A stretch of DNA of 64,000 nt, taken from contig SVQY01000003.1 of assembly GCA_015065135.1 (NCBI GenBank), forward strand, positions 12,667-76,666, written 5' to 3'. Shown piece after piece: positions 44,835-54,557 of the stretch (position 1 is its first letter; every line of letters begins with the position of its first letter). The notes beneath the pieces are model-generated. The model was not told the origin of the DNA and did not search any database. It worked only from the letters and a program-made list of their open reading frames with translations. A program made the translations under genes and the position numbers. The stretch comes from Oscillospiraceae bacterium (GTDB lineage Bacteria > Bacillota > Clostridia > Oscillospirales > CAG-272).

Positions 44835-46310
44835 ATGGCAACAATGTACGTTTGCAAGGCGTGTGGCGTGAATCTGCCCGAGGACGCCTCCTTTTGCCCC
44901 AATTGCGGCGTAGAGTTGAATGCTGAAAACAGAGGGGAAGCGCCCAAGGCCCTTGATCCGGTAGCGCATCCCACCCTTTCGACTGAGGCAGTGGACGAGC
45001 TGATCGACGGCAAGCCTGCCGATCCGGCGCCGGAAGATAAGAAAAAAGCGCCCAAAAAGGTGCGCTCCAAGCCCCAGGCGGCGCATTTTCTGCTGATCCT
45101 GCCGGTTCTGATCCTGGTCTCTCTTGTGGTGGTGGTGATCATTGCCTTTACCACCGAGCCAAAAAGTGACGTAGAGGAAAAGATCGAGCTGTTTCAAGAG
45201 GGTCTTGCCCCAATGCCCTTTGTAGACGAAAGCGGAACGGTTTTGTGGGGATATATCGATCGTGGCGGCGAGCAGGTGATCGAGCCTCGCTTTGAGAAGG
45301 CCAAGAGCTTTGGCAGTAACGGCCTTGCAGCCGTTTGCATAGACAAAAAATGGGGATATATCAACAAAAACGGTGAAGTGGTGATCATGCCTGCCTTTGA
45401 GGCAGCTGATGAATTTGGCGAAAACGATTACGCACCGGTCAAAATGAACGGCTCCTGGGGATATATCAATCGGAGCGGTGAGTTTGTGATCAACCCACAG
45501 TTTGATGAAGTGGAGCCCTTTGCCGAAAATGGCATGGCGCTGGTGCAGATCGGCGGCAAGTACGGCTATATCAACCGAAAGGGCGTTTATGTGATCGAGC
45601 CGCGCTACGAGGATGCCAGAAGCTTTGGCCTCAGCGGCTATGCAGCGGTGTTCGTGTTCCAGAAATGGGGTATGATCGATAAAAACGGCAATTATGTGAT
45701 CAATCCGCAGTTTGATACGATGCTGCCCTTTGCCAATAACGATCTGGCGCTGGTGGAGCAGGACGGTGCTTACGGCTACGTCAACCGCAAGGGCGCCTAC
45801 GCAATGCGACCCATCTACGAGGAGGCCTATTCCTTTGGCGAGAACGGTCTGGCATTGGTCAAGCTGGACGGCAAATACGGTTACATCAACAGTAATTGTG
45901 AATTTGTGATCCCACCCACCTACGATAAGGCGCTGCCCTTTGACAGCGACAGCGGTCTTGCCGCTGTCTGTGAGGATGCAGGCACCGGGCTTTGGGGCTA
46001 TGTGGATTATAACGGCGATTACGAGATCGAGCCGACACTTCTTGCAGCCGGCAGCTTCAGCAAAAATATCGCTGCTGTGCGTGACGAGGAAGGCTTCTTT
46101 TACATCAAAAAGAATGGAGAGGCGCTGCTGCGTCCCGAGGGCGGATGCCTTGGCATCGGGAGCTTTACCGATGACGGCTATGCCATGATGGCGCTGATGG
46201 ACGGCAATGGCGATCTTTGCTATCGCATCATCAATCACAAGGGAGAGACGGTGATTGAGATCACCAAGGCACAGGCTCTGCATCTCGAAATGTCAACGAT
46301 GTCTCCGTAA
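44835..46310 (+). CDS. WG-repeat (KWG) protein with N-terminal zinc-ribbon and one TM helix
   Basis: YVCKACGVNLPEDASFCPNCG zinc ribbon. TM FLLILPVLILVSLVVVVIIAF. About 12 repeats of the WGYI[DN]..GE.VI.P.F......F type. The true start may be ATG 44844. Confidence 0.75.
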   Translation: MATMYVCKACGVNLPEDASFCPNCGVELNAENRGEAPKALDPVAHPTLSTEAVDELIDGKPADPAPEDKKKAPKKVRSKPQAAHFLLILPVLILVSLVVVVIIAFTTEPKSDVEEKIELFQEGLAPMPFVDESGTVLWGYIDRGGEQVIEPRFEKAKSFGSNGLAAVCIDKKWGYINKNGEVVIMPAFEAADEFGENDYAPVKMNGSWGYINRSGEFVINPQFDEVEPFAENGMALVQIGGKYGYINRKGVYVIEPRYEDARSFGLSGYAAVFVFQKWGMIDKNGNYVINPQFDTMLPFANNDLALVEQDGAYGYVNRKGAYAMRPIYEEAYSFGENGLALVKLDGKYGYINSNCEFVIPPTYDKALPFDSDSGLAAVCEDAGTGLWGYVDYNGDYEIEPTLLAAGSFSKNIAAVRDEEGFFYIKKNGEALLRPEGGCLGIGSFTDDGYAMMALMDGNGDLCYRIINHKGETVIEITKAQALHLEMSTMSP

Positions 46311-46346
46311 AAAAGAACCGCAGGATATCCTGCGGTTCTTTTTTAC
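46311..46346. terminator. bidirectional intrinsic terminator
   Basis: AGAACCGCAGG-atat-CCTGCGGTTCT flanked by an A-run and a T-run. Confidence 0.85.
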
Positions 46347-47230
46347 TCTGCGAGCGAGATCAGATGCCGTCCGATCTGTACGGTATAGCGCAGCCAATCG
46401 GGGCCTGCGGCACCGGGTACGCGCTGCGGATTGATCTCGTAGGTCAGATGGCCGGCGTAGTCTACATCGCGTAGCGCCTGCATCACATCGGTCCAGTTGA
46501 TGTCACCAAAATAGGGCAGCAGATGCTCATCCTTGCCAAGCGCACTGTGATTATCGTTGATGTGCAGGGCAAACAGATGCTTGTCTGCGGCGCGGATGGC
46601 TGCGGCTGGATCCATGCCCGAAATGTTGGCGTGACCGGTATCGATACAGATGCCCACGTCGGGATCGTTGATGGTCTCGACCAGCTCGATCAGCTCATAG
46701 ATGTCACCACCGCAATAGCGGCGATGGCGGCGGCCGAAGTCGATCATGTTTTCCACCGCGATGCGCATACCCACCTTTTTGGCAGCCTCGATGTAGGGGG
46801 CAAGATAGGCAAGGCAGGCCTTTTGGTTTTCCTTTGCTGAATAGATACTGCTATGTGCCAGATTAAAGGGATGCATCACCATACAATCCGCCTGCAGCAT
46901 CTTGGCTGCCTCTACGCAACGCAGGGTGCAGATATGGCGCAGCTCACGGTGCGGATAGTCGGGATCATCCCACTCGGTGCCGCCCATCGTGTTACCGTGG
47001 GTCTGATAGACCGGCAGTCCGTTTGCTTCTGCCGCAGCGCCAAAGGCTTCGATGGTAGCCTTCCAGTCGTCCTTCGTCATCGGCCCGCCGGGGTGGCACA
47101 TGGGCCAGATGTTGATATCCACCGAGTCGTAGCCGGCTACCTTCAGGGCGCCGAGGCTCTCATCAGGCGTATAAGCGCGCCCGGTGGCAGGATCGTGATC
47201 GTATAACCAGTTGGAGGTGGAAAGCTTCAT
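46343..47230 (-). CDS. sugar phosphate isomerase/epimerase (xylose-isomerase-like TIM barrel)
   Basis: AP_endonuc_2-type pattern (MRIAVENM...GICIDTGHANISG...LHINDN). 295 aa. Confidence 0.75.
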   Translation of the reverse strand: MKLSTSNWLYDHDPATGRAYTPDESLGALKVAGYDSVDINIWPMCHPGGPMTKDDWKATIEAFGAAAEANGLPVYQTHGNTMGGTEWDDPDYPHRELRHICTLRCVEAAKMLQADCMVMHPFNLAHSSIYSAKENQKACLAYLAPYIEAAKKVGMRIAVENMIDFGRRHRRYCGGDIYELIELVETINDPDVGICIDTGHANISGMDPAAAIRAADKHLFALHINDNHSALGKDEHLLPYFGDINWTDVMQALRDVDYAGHLTYEINPQRVPGAAGPDWLRYTVQIGRHLISLAE

Positions 47231-47370
47231 ACTGTTTTCTCCCTTGTCTGAGGTTTTTCTTTATTATAGCATTCTCAAGTCGAAAATGCAATGGGAAAAG
47301 GAAATTCAAACCTATTGACTTTTCGCCGAAAATAAGGTACAATAAAGGCAAGTTAGTGAGGTGATTTGAA

Positions 47371-47703
47371 ATGGCAGAAAACAAAAACAGACCCGAGGAA
47401 ACGGAAGAGGAGCTCAACGTTTGCTACCTGATGGACGAGGAGGGCGTGGAGCACAAGTTTGAGGTGATCGACTCCTGTGAGTATAAGGGAGCTACCTATT
47501 ACGCAATGATCCCTGCGCTGGAGACCGAGATGGATCAGGAATTTTGCGAATATGTGATCCTCAAGGAGGTCGTGGATCAGAATGGCGAGGTCACGCTGGA
47601 TTCTATCGACGATAACGAGGAGGAGTTCAACGCAGTCGCCAACATTTTTGAGGATCGCTTTGACGAGGAGATCGACTACGACGCCGCTCCTGAAAAGAAG
47701 TAA
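47371..47703 (+). CDS. DUF1292 domain-containing protein
   Basis: Small acidic protein. L.DE.G.E..FEV.D..EY.G..YY...P pattern typical of DUF1292. 110 aa. Confidence 0.7.
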   Translation: MAENKNRPEETEEELNVCYLMDEEGVEHKFEVIDSCEYKGATYYAMIPALETEMDQEFCEYVILKEVVDQNGEVTLDSIDDNEEEFNAVANIFEDRFDEEIDYDAAPEKK

Positions 47704-47976
47704 GAAAAACGCCTGCTGAGTGCGTGATCGCCGCGTTCGTGGAGCCTACACGCATAAATTGGGGCCCGGAGAGAGTCCGGCCGTGGTTTGCAGACCTCCC
47801 TTTCCACCTTGATCGACTTGTCTCAGGTGGGGCTAAAGGACGTTGGGAGCAGTAAAGCGGCCGGCAGGGCACCGCCTTGTTCAAACAGGGTTCTCTTTTC
47901 GCGGAGTACCAGAAACGGCTTGGCGGGTTATGACTTTGATTTGAAACATGACAATGCCCTCGTGGGGCATCTGTAA

Positions 47977-48012
47977 GCTCCGCGTGAGAGTGTTTTCGCG
48001 CGGAGTTTTTTT
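47977..48012 (+). terminator. intrinsic terminator at the end of a roughly 300-nt non-coding leader, just before the SPFH gene RBS
   Basis: CTCCGCG-loop-CGCGGAG followed by TTTTTTT (48006-48012). RBS AAAGGAGAA and ATG 48037 follow. Confidence 0.7.
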
Positions 48013-48036
48013 AATATCTGAAAAGGAGAAAGAACA

Positions 48037-49308
48037 ATGGGTATTGTAAAGGCAGTATTCAACGCTGTCGGCGGCGGTCTTGCCGATAGCTGGCAGGAGG
48101 TGCTTGAGGCCGACAGCATGGGTGAGCAGATCGTTTTCACCAAGGGTGTTAAGGTCAGAGCAAAGGATAAAAGAAATAATAACAAGCGTGGCACGGCGGA
48201 TACCATTTCCAACGGCTCGATCATCCATGTATACGACAATCAGTTCATGCTGCTGGTGGATGGTGGTAAGGTAGTGGATTTTACTGCTGAGCCCGGTTAT
48301 TATAAGGTGGATAATTCTGCGATGCCCTCGCTGTTTGCAGGGCAGTTCGGCGATAGCCTGAAGGAGACCTTCAGCCGCGTTAAGTATGGTGGCGTTCCTT
48401 CTGCCTCGCAGAAGGCCTTCTTCATCAATCTACAGGAGATCAAGGGCATCAAATTCGGCACCCGCACGCCGGTAAATTACTTTGATAATTTTTATAACTC
48501 CGAGCTGTTTCTGCGCGCCTTTGGTCACTATTCCATTAAGGTGACCGATCCGTTGAAGTTTTATGCTGAGGTGGTGCCGAGAAATGCTGAGCGTGTGGAT
48601 TTCAACGAGATAAACGAGCAGTATCTCTCTGAGTTCCTGGAGGCGCTGCAGGCGGCGCTCAATAAGATGTCAGTGGACGGCATTCGCATTTCTCACGTGC
48701 CGAGCAAATCCCGCGAGCTGTCGCAGTATATGGCCACCGAGCTTGATGAGAGCTTCCGCAATATGCGCGGCTTTGAGATCCAGTCGGTGGGTCTTGCCAG
48801 CGTTTCTTATGACGAGGAATCCAAGAAGCTGATCAATATGCGCAATCAGGGCGCCATGCTGGGCGATGCCGCCGTGCGCGAGGGTTATGTACAGGGCGCG
48901 ATGGCACGCGGCTTTGAGGCGGCGGGCAGCAATTCCGCCGGCGCTGCCCAGACCTTTATGGGTATGGGAATGGGTATGAATGCCGCAGGCGGTTTTGGCG
49001 CCTTTTCTGAAACGAATCGCGCGCAGATGCAGCAGCAGGCTGCTGCGGCAGCCGCACCTGCGGCATCTGCGGGTGGCTGGACCTGTGCCTGCGGCACCGT
49101 CAACACCGGCAAATTCTGCGCCGAGTGCGGTAGCAAGAAGCCGGAGGCGGCAGGTGGTTGGACTTGTAGCTGCGGCGCTGTCAATACCGGTAAATTCTGC
49201 AGCGAATGCGGCAGCAAAAAGCCGGAGAGTGATGGTTGGTTCTGCACCGAGTGCGGTACCAAAAACACCGGCAGATTCTGTGCCAACTGCGGCAAGAAAA
49301 AGGACTAA
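48037..49308 (+). CDS. SPFH/band-7-like protein (YdjI-like, virion-core-protein-like family) with three C-terminal zinc-ribbon repeats
   Basis: MGIVKAVFNAVGGGLADSWQE N-terminus and overall pattern recall B. subtilis YdjI. C-terminus GGWTCACGTVNTGKFCAECGSKKPE in three copies. Confidence 0.65.
   Translation: MGIVKAVFNAVGGGLADSWQEVLEADSMGEQIVFTKGVKVRAKDKRNNNKRGTADTISNGSIIHVYDNQFMLLVDGGKVVDFTAEPGYYKVDNSAMPSLFAGQFGDSLKETFSRVKYGGVPSASQKAFFINLQEIKGIKFGTRTPVNYFDNFYNSELFLRAFGHYSIKVTDPLKFYAEVVPRNAERVDFNEINEQYLSEFLEALQAALNKMSVDGIRISHVPSKSRELSQYMATELDESFRNMRGFEIQSVGLASVSYDEESKKLINMRNQGAMLGDAAVREGYVQGAMARGFEAAGSNSAGAAQTFMGMGMGMNAAGGFGAFSETNRAQMQQQAAAAAAPAASAGGWTCACGTVNTGKFCAECGSKKPEAAGGWTCSCGAVNTGKFCSECGSKKPESDGWFCTECGTKNTGRFCANCGKKKD
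49072..49305 (+). repeat. three tandem coding repeats of a CxxG..N..KFCxxCG zinc-ribbon unit (about 27 aa each)
   Basis: GGWTCACGTVNTGKFCAECGSKKPEAA / GGWTCSCGAVNTGKFCSECGSKKPESD / GWFCTECGTKNTGRFCANCGKKKD. Confidence 0.85.
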
Positions 49309-49321
49309 AGGACTGTAAGAT

Positions 49322-50413
49322 ATGGAGACGAAAGCGGCCATTACCTATCAATGCCCCAACTGCTCGGCAGGGCTTAGCTTTGACCCAGGTAAGGGAAAAT
49401 TTGCCTGCGAATTCTGTCGGTCGGAGTTCACCGAGCAGGAGCTGGCCGAAACCGAATCTGCCAAGGCGGCAGAGGATGCAGCCAGCGAAGCAGCCGAGAA
49501 GGCAGCGGAGGCGAGTGAGATCCCCGATGAGGAATACAGCGCACAGCTGGGACAGTACGAATGCTCCTCCTGCGGCGCAGGGGTAGTCTGCGATGATAAC
49601 ACCGCCGCTACCGAGTGCCCGTATTGTCATAGCCCCGTGATCCTGGTGGGCAGACTGGCAGGGCAGATGCGCCCCCACAAGGTGATCCCGTTTCAGTTTG
49701 ACAAGGAGGGCGCCAAGGCGGCGTTCCGTAAATTTGCCAAGCGCAAATGGTTCCTGCCAAAGGATTTCACCGAGGAGGCGCAGGTGGAACGCATTACCGG
49801 CATCTACTATCCCTTTTGGGTCACCGATGCGGATACCACCGCTACTATGACTGCCCGTGCGACCCGGGTGCGCGTTTGGCGCTCGGGAGATTATCGCTAT
49901 ACCGAGACCTCCAATTTCCGCATTCACCGTAAGGGCGATATCCATTTTGAGGATATCGTGACTCCTGCGCTGCGTGAGGAGGATCGTGAGATGCTGGACG
50001 GTATTCTGCCATACCCCTCCGACTCTCTGCAGGAGTTTTCCATGCCGTATCTTTCCGGCTTTCTTGCCAAAAAGAGGGATATCGAAAAGGAGACGGTGCG
50101 CGAGGCGGTCAAGGGACGTATGATCGATTACAGCCGCACGCTTTTGCGCAATACCATTCATGGCTACAATACTGTGCAGGCAAATATGCCGCATCTTGTG
50201 ACCAATCGCATCCATTGGGACTATACGTTGATGCCGATCTGGCTGCTGAACTATATCCGTCGCGGTAAAACCTATACTTATGCAATGAACGGCTACACCG
50301 GCAAGGTGTACGGCAGAGTGCCGGTCAGCGGCAAGAAGCTGGCCATTCTCGGCGCTGTGGTGGGTGCTGTCACCGGTCTTCTGGCAGGGCTGATCACGGC
50401 CCTTGTGATGTAA
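49322..50413 (+). CDS. zinc-ribbon protein with C-terminal TM helix (YdjG-like)
   Basis: CPNCSAGLSFDPGKGKFACEFCRSEF and YECSSCGAGVVCDDNTAATECPYCHSPV double zinc ribbons. C-terminal LAILGAVVGAVTGLLAGLITALV. Confidence 0.6.
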   Translation: METKAAITYQCPNCSAGLSFDPGKGKFACEFCRSEFTEQELAETESAKAAEDAASEAAEKAAEASEIPDEEYSAQLGQYECSSCGAGVVCDDNTAATECPYCHSPVILVGRLAGQMRPHKVIPFQFDKEGAKAAFRKFAKRKWFLPKDFTEEAQVERITGIYYPFWVTDADTTATMTARATRVRVWRSGDYRYTETSNFRIHRKGDIHFEDIVTPALREEDREMLDGILPYPSDSLQEFSMPYLSGFLAKKRDIEKETVREAVKGRMIDYSRTLLRNTIHGYNTVQANMPHLVTNRIHWDYTLMPIWLLNYIRRGKTYTYAMNGYTGKVYGRVPVSGKKLAILGAVVGAVTGLLAGLITALVM

Positions 50414-50429
50414 AAAAGGGGGAGACGGT

Positions 50430-51170
50430 ATGAAAAAAACACTGTTTTTCTGCTTTGCGATGCTGCTTTGTATCGTACTGATCCTGCCCCTTGCTGCTGA
50501 GGCTGCCGTTGTGCCGATGGAGATCACGGTGCAGGATAAGGCAGACCTTCTCACCTTGGAGGAGGAGCAGGCCATTGCCGATCTGCAGGGCAGGTCTCCT
50601 CGTGATGTCAGGCTTTTTCTGGTCACCGCTACCCGTCAGCTTACCGAGCGTGAGGTAGCGGCGCTGTGCGGTGCCGATCAGGGTGAGCACGCGGCGGTTC
50701 TGGTCATTGATCGGAATGCGTCAGGTGTTTGCTATTACGAGATGTTTCTTTTTAATCGCGCCGACAAGATGATGACCATTTCCGAATCCAATGCGATTCT
50801 CGATGATCCGCAGGTCTATGGTGATCTGAAAAACGATCGTTTGGCAGAGGGCGCCACGCGATTTTTTTCGCTTGTAAGCGATGAGATCGACGAGTGGTAC
50901 CGTCAACGGCCTCTTTGGATCGCAGGCGTTGGCATTGGTGTTGGGCTTTTGATCGGTGGCATCACCGTGCTTTGCGTTTTTCTCAGCTATCGCAAAAAGC
51001 GCCATGGCGAGAGTTATCCGCTCAGTCGATATGCCAATTTGCAGCTGACAGAAAGCGTGGACCATTTTGTAGGCAGCTTTGTCACGCGTGTGCGTATACA
51101 GAGCAATTCCGGCAGCAGCGGTGGAGGCGGCGGAGGCGGTTTCTCCGGCGGTAGCCGCGGCAGAAGATAA
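50430..51170 (+). CDS. TPM-domain-like membrane protein (YdjH/YgcG-like)
   Basis: Signal peptide, V.D.A.LLT..EE..I TPM-type start, a TM helix (LWIAGVGIGVGLLIGGITVLCVFL) and a Gly-rich tail SSGGGGGGGFSGGSRGRR. Confidence 0.6.
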   Translation: MKKTLFFCFAMLLCIVLILPLAAEAAVVPMEITVQDKADLLTLEEEQAIADLQGRSPRDVRLFLVTATRQLTEREVAALCGADQGEHAAVLVIDRNASGVCYYEMFLFNRADKMMTISESNAILDDPQVYGDLKNDRLAEGATRFFSLVSDEIDEWYRQRPLWIAGVGIGVGLLIGGITVLCVFLSYRKKRHGESYPLSRYANLQLTESVDHFVGSFVTRVRIQSNSGSSGGGGGGGFSGGSRGRR

Positions 51171-51201
51171 AAAAATGGGAGCATTTGCTCCCATTTTTTT
51201 A
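51169..51201. terminator. bidirectional intrinsic terminator
   Basis: ATGGGAGCA-ttt-GCTCCCAT flanked by an A-run and a T-run. Confidence 0.8.
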
Positions 51202-51987
51202 TACCGTTTTGTGTTTTTTGCGATATTCGCTGGGTGTGACACCCATCAGCCGATGGAAGCGACGGGAGAAATTGGCGTAGTCACCAAAGCCGGCGTACTC
51301 GTAGATCCGGCAGATCGGAATGTCGGTAAAGGCCAGCAGATTTTTCGCGTGAGAAAAGCGGATATTGTCCAAATATACCTTGAAAGGCGTGCCGGTCTCG
51401 GCAGCGAAAAGCTCAGAAAAATAGGTGGCAGAAAGACCGATATGGGCGGCGGTATCCGCCAACGTGATGCCGTCACGGAAATGCTCGGTGATATATAGCA
51501 GGGCGTGCTGAATATAGGGCAGTACCGTGTCGCTCGCGGCACGGGGATGCTCCGCAAGCCGTTGCAGGGCGCAGTCCAGCAGGGTGCGGGCATAATGAGG
51601 ATTGCTTTCCTGCACCCGTATCAGCTCGGCGAAAAATGTGACCATCAGCTCGTATTCCTGCGGCTCCAATAGGAAAAGGGGGGAGGACAGAGCGCCCGAC
51701 AGAACGGTGGAAAATGCATTGCCGTTATAGTCGCATTGGAACATCACGTTGATCAGCTCAGCATCCGCATCCTGCACGGCGTGCGTGTTGGCGGGAGTCA
51801 ACAAAAACAGGGAGCCCTGCCGCATGGGGTAGGTGTTGCCGTCGATCACGCAGGTACCGCTACCGGAAAGCACCAGCTCGATCTCAAAAAATTCGTGTAT
51901 GTGCGCCCCCGCCCCTCCGGAAAAGCGCTTGCGGGAGGCTGAGAGCAGGCCGTCGCCGATCTGCTGCTGTTTTTTCAGTATGATCAT
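51199..51987 (-). CDS. AraC family transcriptional regulator
   Basis: Cupin N-domain (HEFFEIELVLSGSGT) and AraC HTH (IYEYAGFGDYANFSRRFHRLMGVTPSEYR). Divergent from the GH38 gene. Confidence 0.85.
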   Translation of the reverse strand: MIILKKQQQIGDGLLSASRKRFSGGAGAHIHEFFEIELVLSGSGTCVIDGNTYPMRQGSLFLLTPANTHAVQDADAELINVMFQCDYNGNAFSTVLSGALSSPLFLLEPQEYELMVTFFAELIRVQESNPHYARTLLDCALQRLAEHPRAASDTVLPYIQHALLYITEHFRDGITLADTAAHIGLSATYFSELFAAETGTPFKVYLDNIRFSHAKNLLAFTDIPICRIYEYAGFGDYANFSRRFHRLMGVTPSEYRKKHKTV

Positions 51988-52124
51988 GATGATAACTTCC
52001 TTTTTTTATTATTGTATCATGCCGTCCGAAGAAATGCAATATTTTGCAAAAAAAGTGCTATAGATTCTTTGCGAAATATTTGATATGATAATAGTGAAAA
52101 AATCGGAAAGGGGAGCGGAAATAT

Positions 52125-54509
52125 ATGAAAAAAGTATATCTGATCGGAAATGCGCATCTGGATCCCGTCTGGCTCTGGCAGTGGCAGGAGGGCTTTGCCG
52201 AAATAAAAGCAACCTTTCGTAGTGCCTTGGACCGCATGAAGGAATATGAGGATTTTAAATTCACCTCTGCTTGCGGTGCCTACTATATGTGGATCGAGCA
52301 GAGCGACCCCGAGATGTTCCGCGAGATACGGGAGCGCGTGCGGGAGGGACGCTGGTGTATCACGGGTGGCTGGCTGCTGCAGCCGGATTGCAATATTCCG
52401 TGTGGCGAGTCTTTTGCGAGGCACGCCCTCATCACTCAGCGCTATTTTCAGGAAAAATTCGGCAAAATGGCAGAGACGGGATATAACGTGGACTCCTTTG
52501 GACACAACGGTAGCTTGCCGATGATCCTGCGGCAGAGCCGTATGAAGAATTACGTATTTATGCGCCCCTCCCCCGAAGAAAAGTCGCTGCCTGCACATCT
52601 GTTTTTGTGGGAGAGTGCAGACGGCAGCCGCGTGAAGACCTACCGTATTCCTCACCGCTACAATATTGATGGTGTGCGCAACAATCGTGGGGTAGATCAA
52701 TTCGGCAGGATCGCCGAGCTGGCCGATGCCGAGCAATGTGACCAGATGGCCTTCTACGGGGTAGGCAATCATGGCGGCGGCCCCACCGTGACATTGCTGG
52801 ATCGTATGCACAAGGAGCTGGACGAGCGGTTCGTGTATGCGGATCCCGATACGTATTTTGCCGCACAGGATACGAAAAACGCTCCCGTGGTGCGAGATGA
52901 TCTCCAGTATCACGCCAAGGGCTGCTACAGTGCCTGCGCCGAGATCAAGCAGGGTAACCGTGCGGCAGAGCGGTCGTTGCTTACCGCCGAACGGATGGCG
53001 GTGCTTTCCGCCAAGCTCACGGGTATGGTTTATCCCGCCAAGGATCTGCAATATGCCTGGGAACGGGTACTGTTTAACCAGTTTCACGACATTCTCGGCG
53101 GCTGCTCGATCCGCGAGGCGTACGAGGATGCCGCTAAGGTGCACGGCGAGGCCATGGCGATCGCGGATCGTGTGACCAATTTTGCTTGCCAGCAGATCTC
53201 CTGGCAGATCGACACCCTTGCAGGGCACGCACCGGGCTATGTCAGCACGGAGGATGCCGAAGTCATTGGCTATCCGGTGGTGGTGTTCAATCCTCACGCC
53301 TTTCCCGTTCGGGCATCGGTGCATCTGCGCAAGGTATATTCCCGCGTGACCGATGCGACGGGAAAGGCAATTCCACGGCAAACGGTGCGGGATTCCAAGA
53401 CCAATCATCGGGATAAATATGCCACCCTCTTTACCGCAAGCCTACCCGCCTTTGGGTATGCGGTATACCGCGTATTCCGCGAAACCGAGGGGGCGGCGTT
53501 TGAAAACCCGTTGACAGTTACCGACCGTTTGATGGAAAATGCCCGTATACGGGTCGCGTTTTCTGAGAATGGTGAGCTTTGCTCTCTCTTTGATAAGACG
53601 AGGAATGTCGAGCTGCTTTCCGCCCCCACCGAGCTGGCGCTTTATGATGACGAGAAACATGACACATGGGCACACGGGGAGCAATTCTTCAAGGATCGCG
53701 TGCCTTGCGACATGCGGGGCAGCGCCCATATGATCGAGCAGGGTCCCGTGCGCGCAGGCATCCGCACCGTGCAGAGCTTTGGAGGCAGTCACATCATCCG
53801 CGACTATTATCTGTCAGCCGACAGCGACACGGTGGAGGTGCGGGTCAAGATCGATTTCAGAGAAAAATTCCGTGTGCTGAAATTCTGTTTTCCGCTTGCG
53901 GGTAAGGGGCATCGGGCATATGGCAAGATCCCCTTCGGCAGCATCGAGCGCCCCACTGACGGCGGTGAGCAGGTCTGCGGTGACTGGATCGCCCTGCAGG
54001 GCAGTTGCGGCGGCATCGGTATTGCCAATGATTGCAAGCATAGCTTTGAGGCACAGAGCAACGCTCTTTCTCTCACGGTGCTGCGCAGTGCTATGTATGC
54101 CGACCATTTCGGTCAGGAGCATCGCGATGAATTCTGCGAATTTATGGAGCAGGGAGAGCATCGCTTTGCTTACAGCATCTTCCCGCTCCGCTCTCTTGCG
54201 GATGCGGAAAAACGCGCGAAGGAGCTGCAGCAGCCCCCGATCGCTGTGACCGAGACCTTCCATAAGGGGCAGCTTCCTACCGCATTTACGGGTGCGCGGC
54301 TGTCGGCAGAGAATGTTGCCGTGACCGCCATCAAGGAGCATGCCGATGGCAATGGCATCATTTTGCGCTGCTATGAAACGGCAGGGAAGCATACTGACGT
54401 GACGCTGCGACTGTTCGACACCGAGCATCGCTTCCGTATCACTCATAACACCGTAAAGACCTTCCTCTTCAGAGACGGTCTTGTGACCGAGACGGACTTT
54501 ATCGAATAA
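52125..54509 (+). CDS. alpha-mannosidase (glycoside hydrolase family 38)
   Basis: MKKVYLIGNAHLDPVWLWQWQEG..E...TF.SAL..M N-terminal GH38 signature, DSFGH, NQFHDILGG. 794 aa. Confidence 0.85.
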   Translation: MKKVYLIGNAHLDPVWLWQWQEGFAEIKATFRSALDRMKEYEDFKFTSACGAYYMWIEQSDPEMFREIRERVREGRWCITGGWLLQPDCNIPCGESFARHALITQRYFQEKFGKMAETGYNVDSFGHNGSLPMILRQSRMKNYVFMRPSPEEKSLPAHLFLWESADGSRVKTYRIPHRYNIDGVRNNRGVDQFGRIAELADAEQCDQMAFYGVGNHGGGPTVTLLDRMHKELDERFVYADPDTYFAAQDTKNAPVVRDDLQYHAKGCYSACAEIKQGNRAAERSLLTAERMAVLSAKLTGMVYPAKDLQYAWERVLFNQFHDILGGCSIREAYEDAAKVHGEAMAIADRVTNFACQQISWQIDTLAGHAPGYVSTEDAEVIGYPVVVFNPHAFPVRASVHLRKVYSRVTDATGKAIPRQTVRDSKTNHRDKYATLFTASLPAFGYAVYRVFRETEGAAFENPLTVTDRLMENARIRVAFSENGELCSLFDKTRNVELLSAPTELALYDDEKHDTWAHGEQFFKDRVPCDMRGSAHMIEQGPVRAGIRTVQSFGGSHIIRDYYLSADSDTVEVRVKIDFREKFRVLKFCFPLAGKGHRAYGKIPFGSIERPTDGGEQVCGDWIALQGSCGGIGIANDCKHSFEAQSNALSLTVLRSAMYADHFGQEHRDEFCEFMEQGEHRFAYSIFPLRSLADAEKRAKELQQPPIAVTETFHKGQLPTAFTGARLSAENVAVTAIKEHADGNGIILRCYETAGKHTDVTLRLFDTEHRFRITHNTVKTFLFRDGLVTETDFIE

Positions 54510-54510
54510 T

Positions 54511-54546
54511 CAAAAAGCGCTTCGCAATTTTGCGAAGCGCTTTTTG
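54511..54546. terminator. bidirectional intrinsic terminator between convergent GH38 genes
   Basis: AAGCGCTTCGCA-atttt-GCGAAGCGCTT flanked by an A-run and a T-run. Confidence 0.85.
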
Positions 54547-54557
54547 GTTTTGGTATT

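Noticed and set aside
47704-48036. Identification of the leader as SRP RNA, glycine riboswitch, cobalamin riboswitch, M-box, ykkC, T-box, RNase P or tmRNA
   Set aside because: There are partial resemblances (GGAGAG...CUCAGGUGGGGCUAAAGGAC versus glycine-riboswitch CUCAGG..AAAGGAC; GGGAGCAG versus SRP GGAAGCAGC). However, the other obligatory conserved blocks are missing: CACCGAAGGGG, the GGAA tetraloop helix-8 context, the B12 box, and AGGGUGGUACCGCG. The element is kept only as an unclassified candidate.
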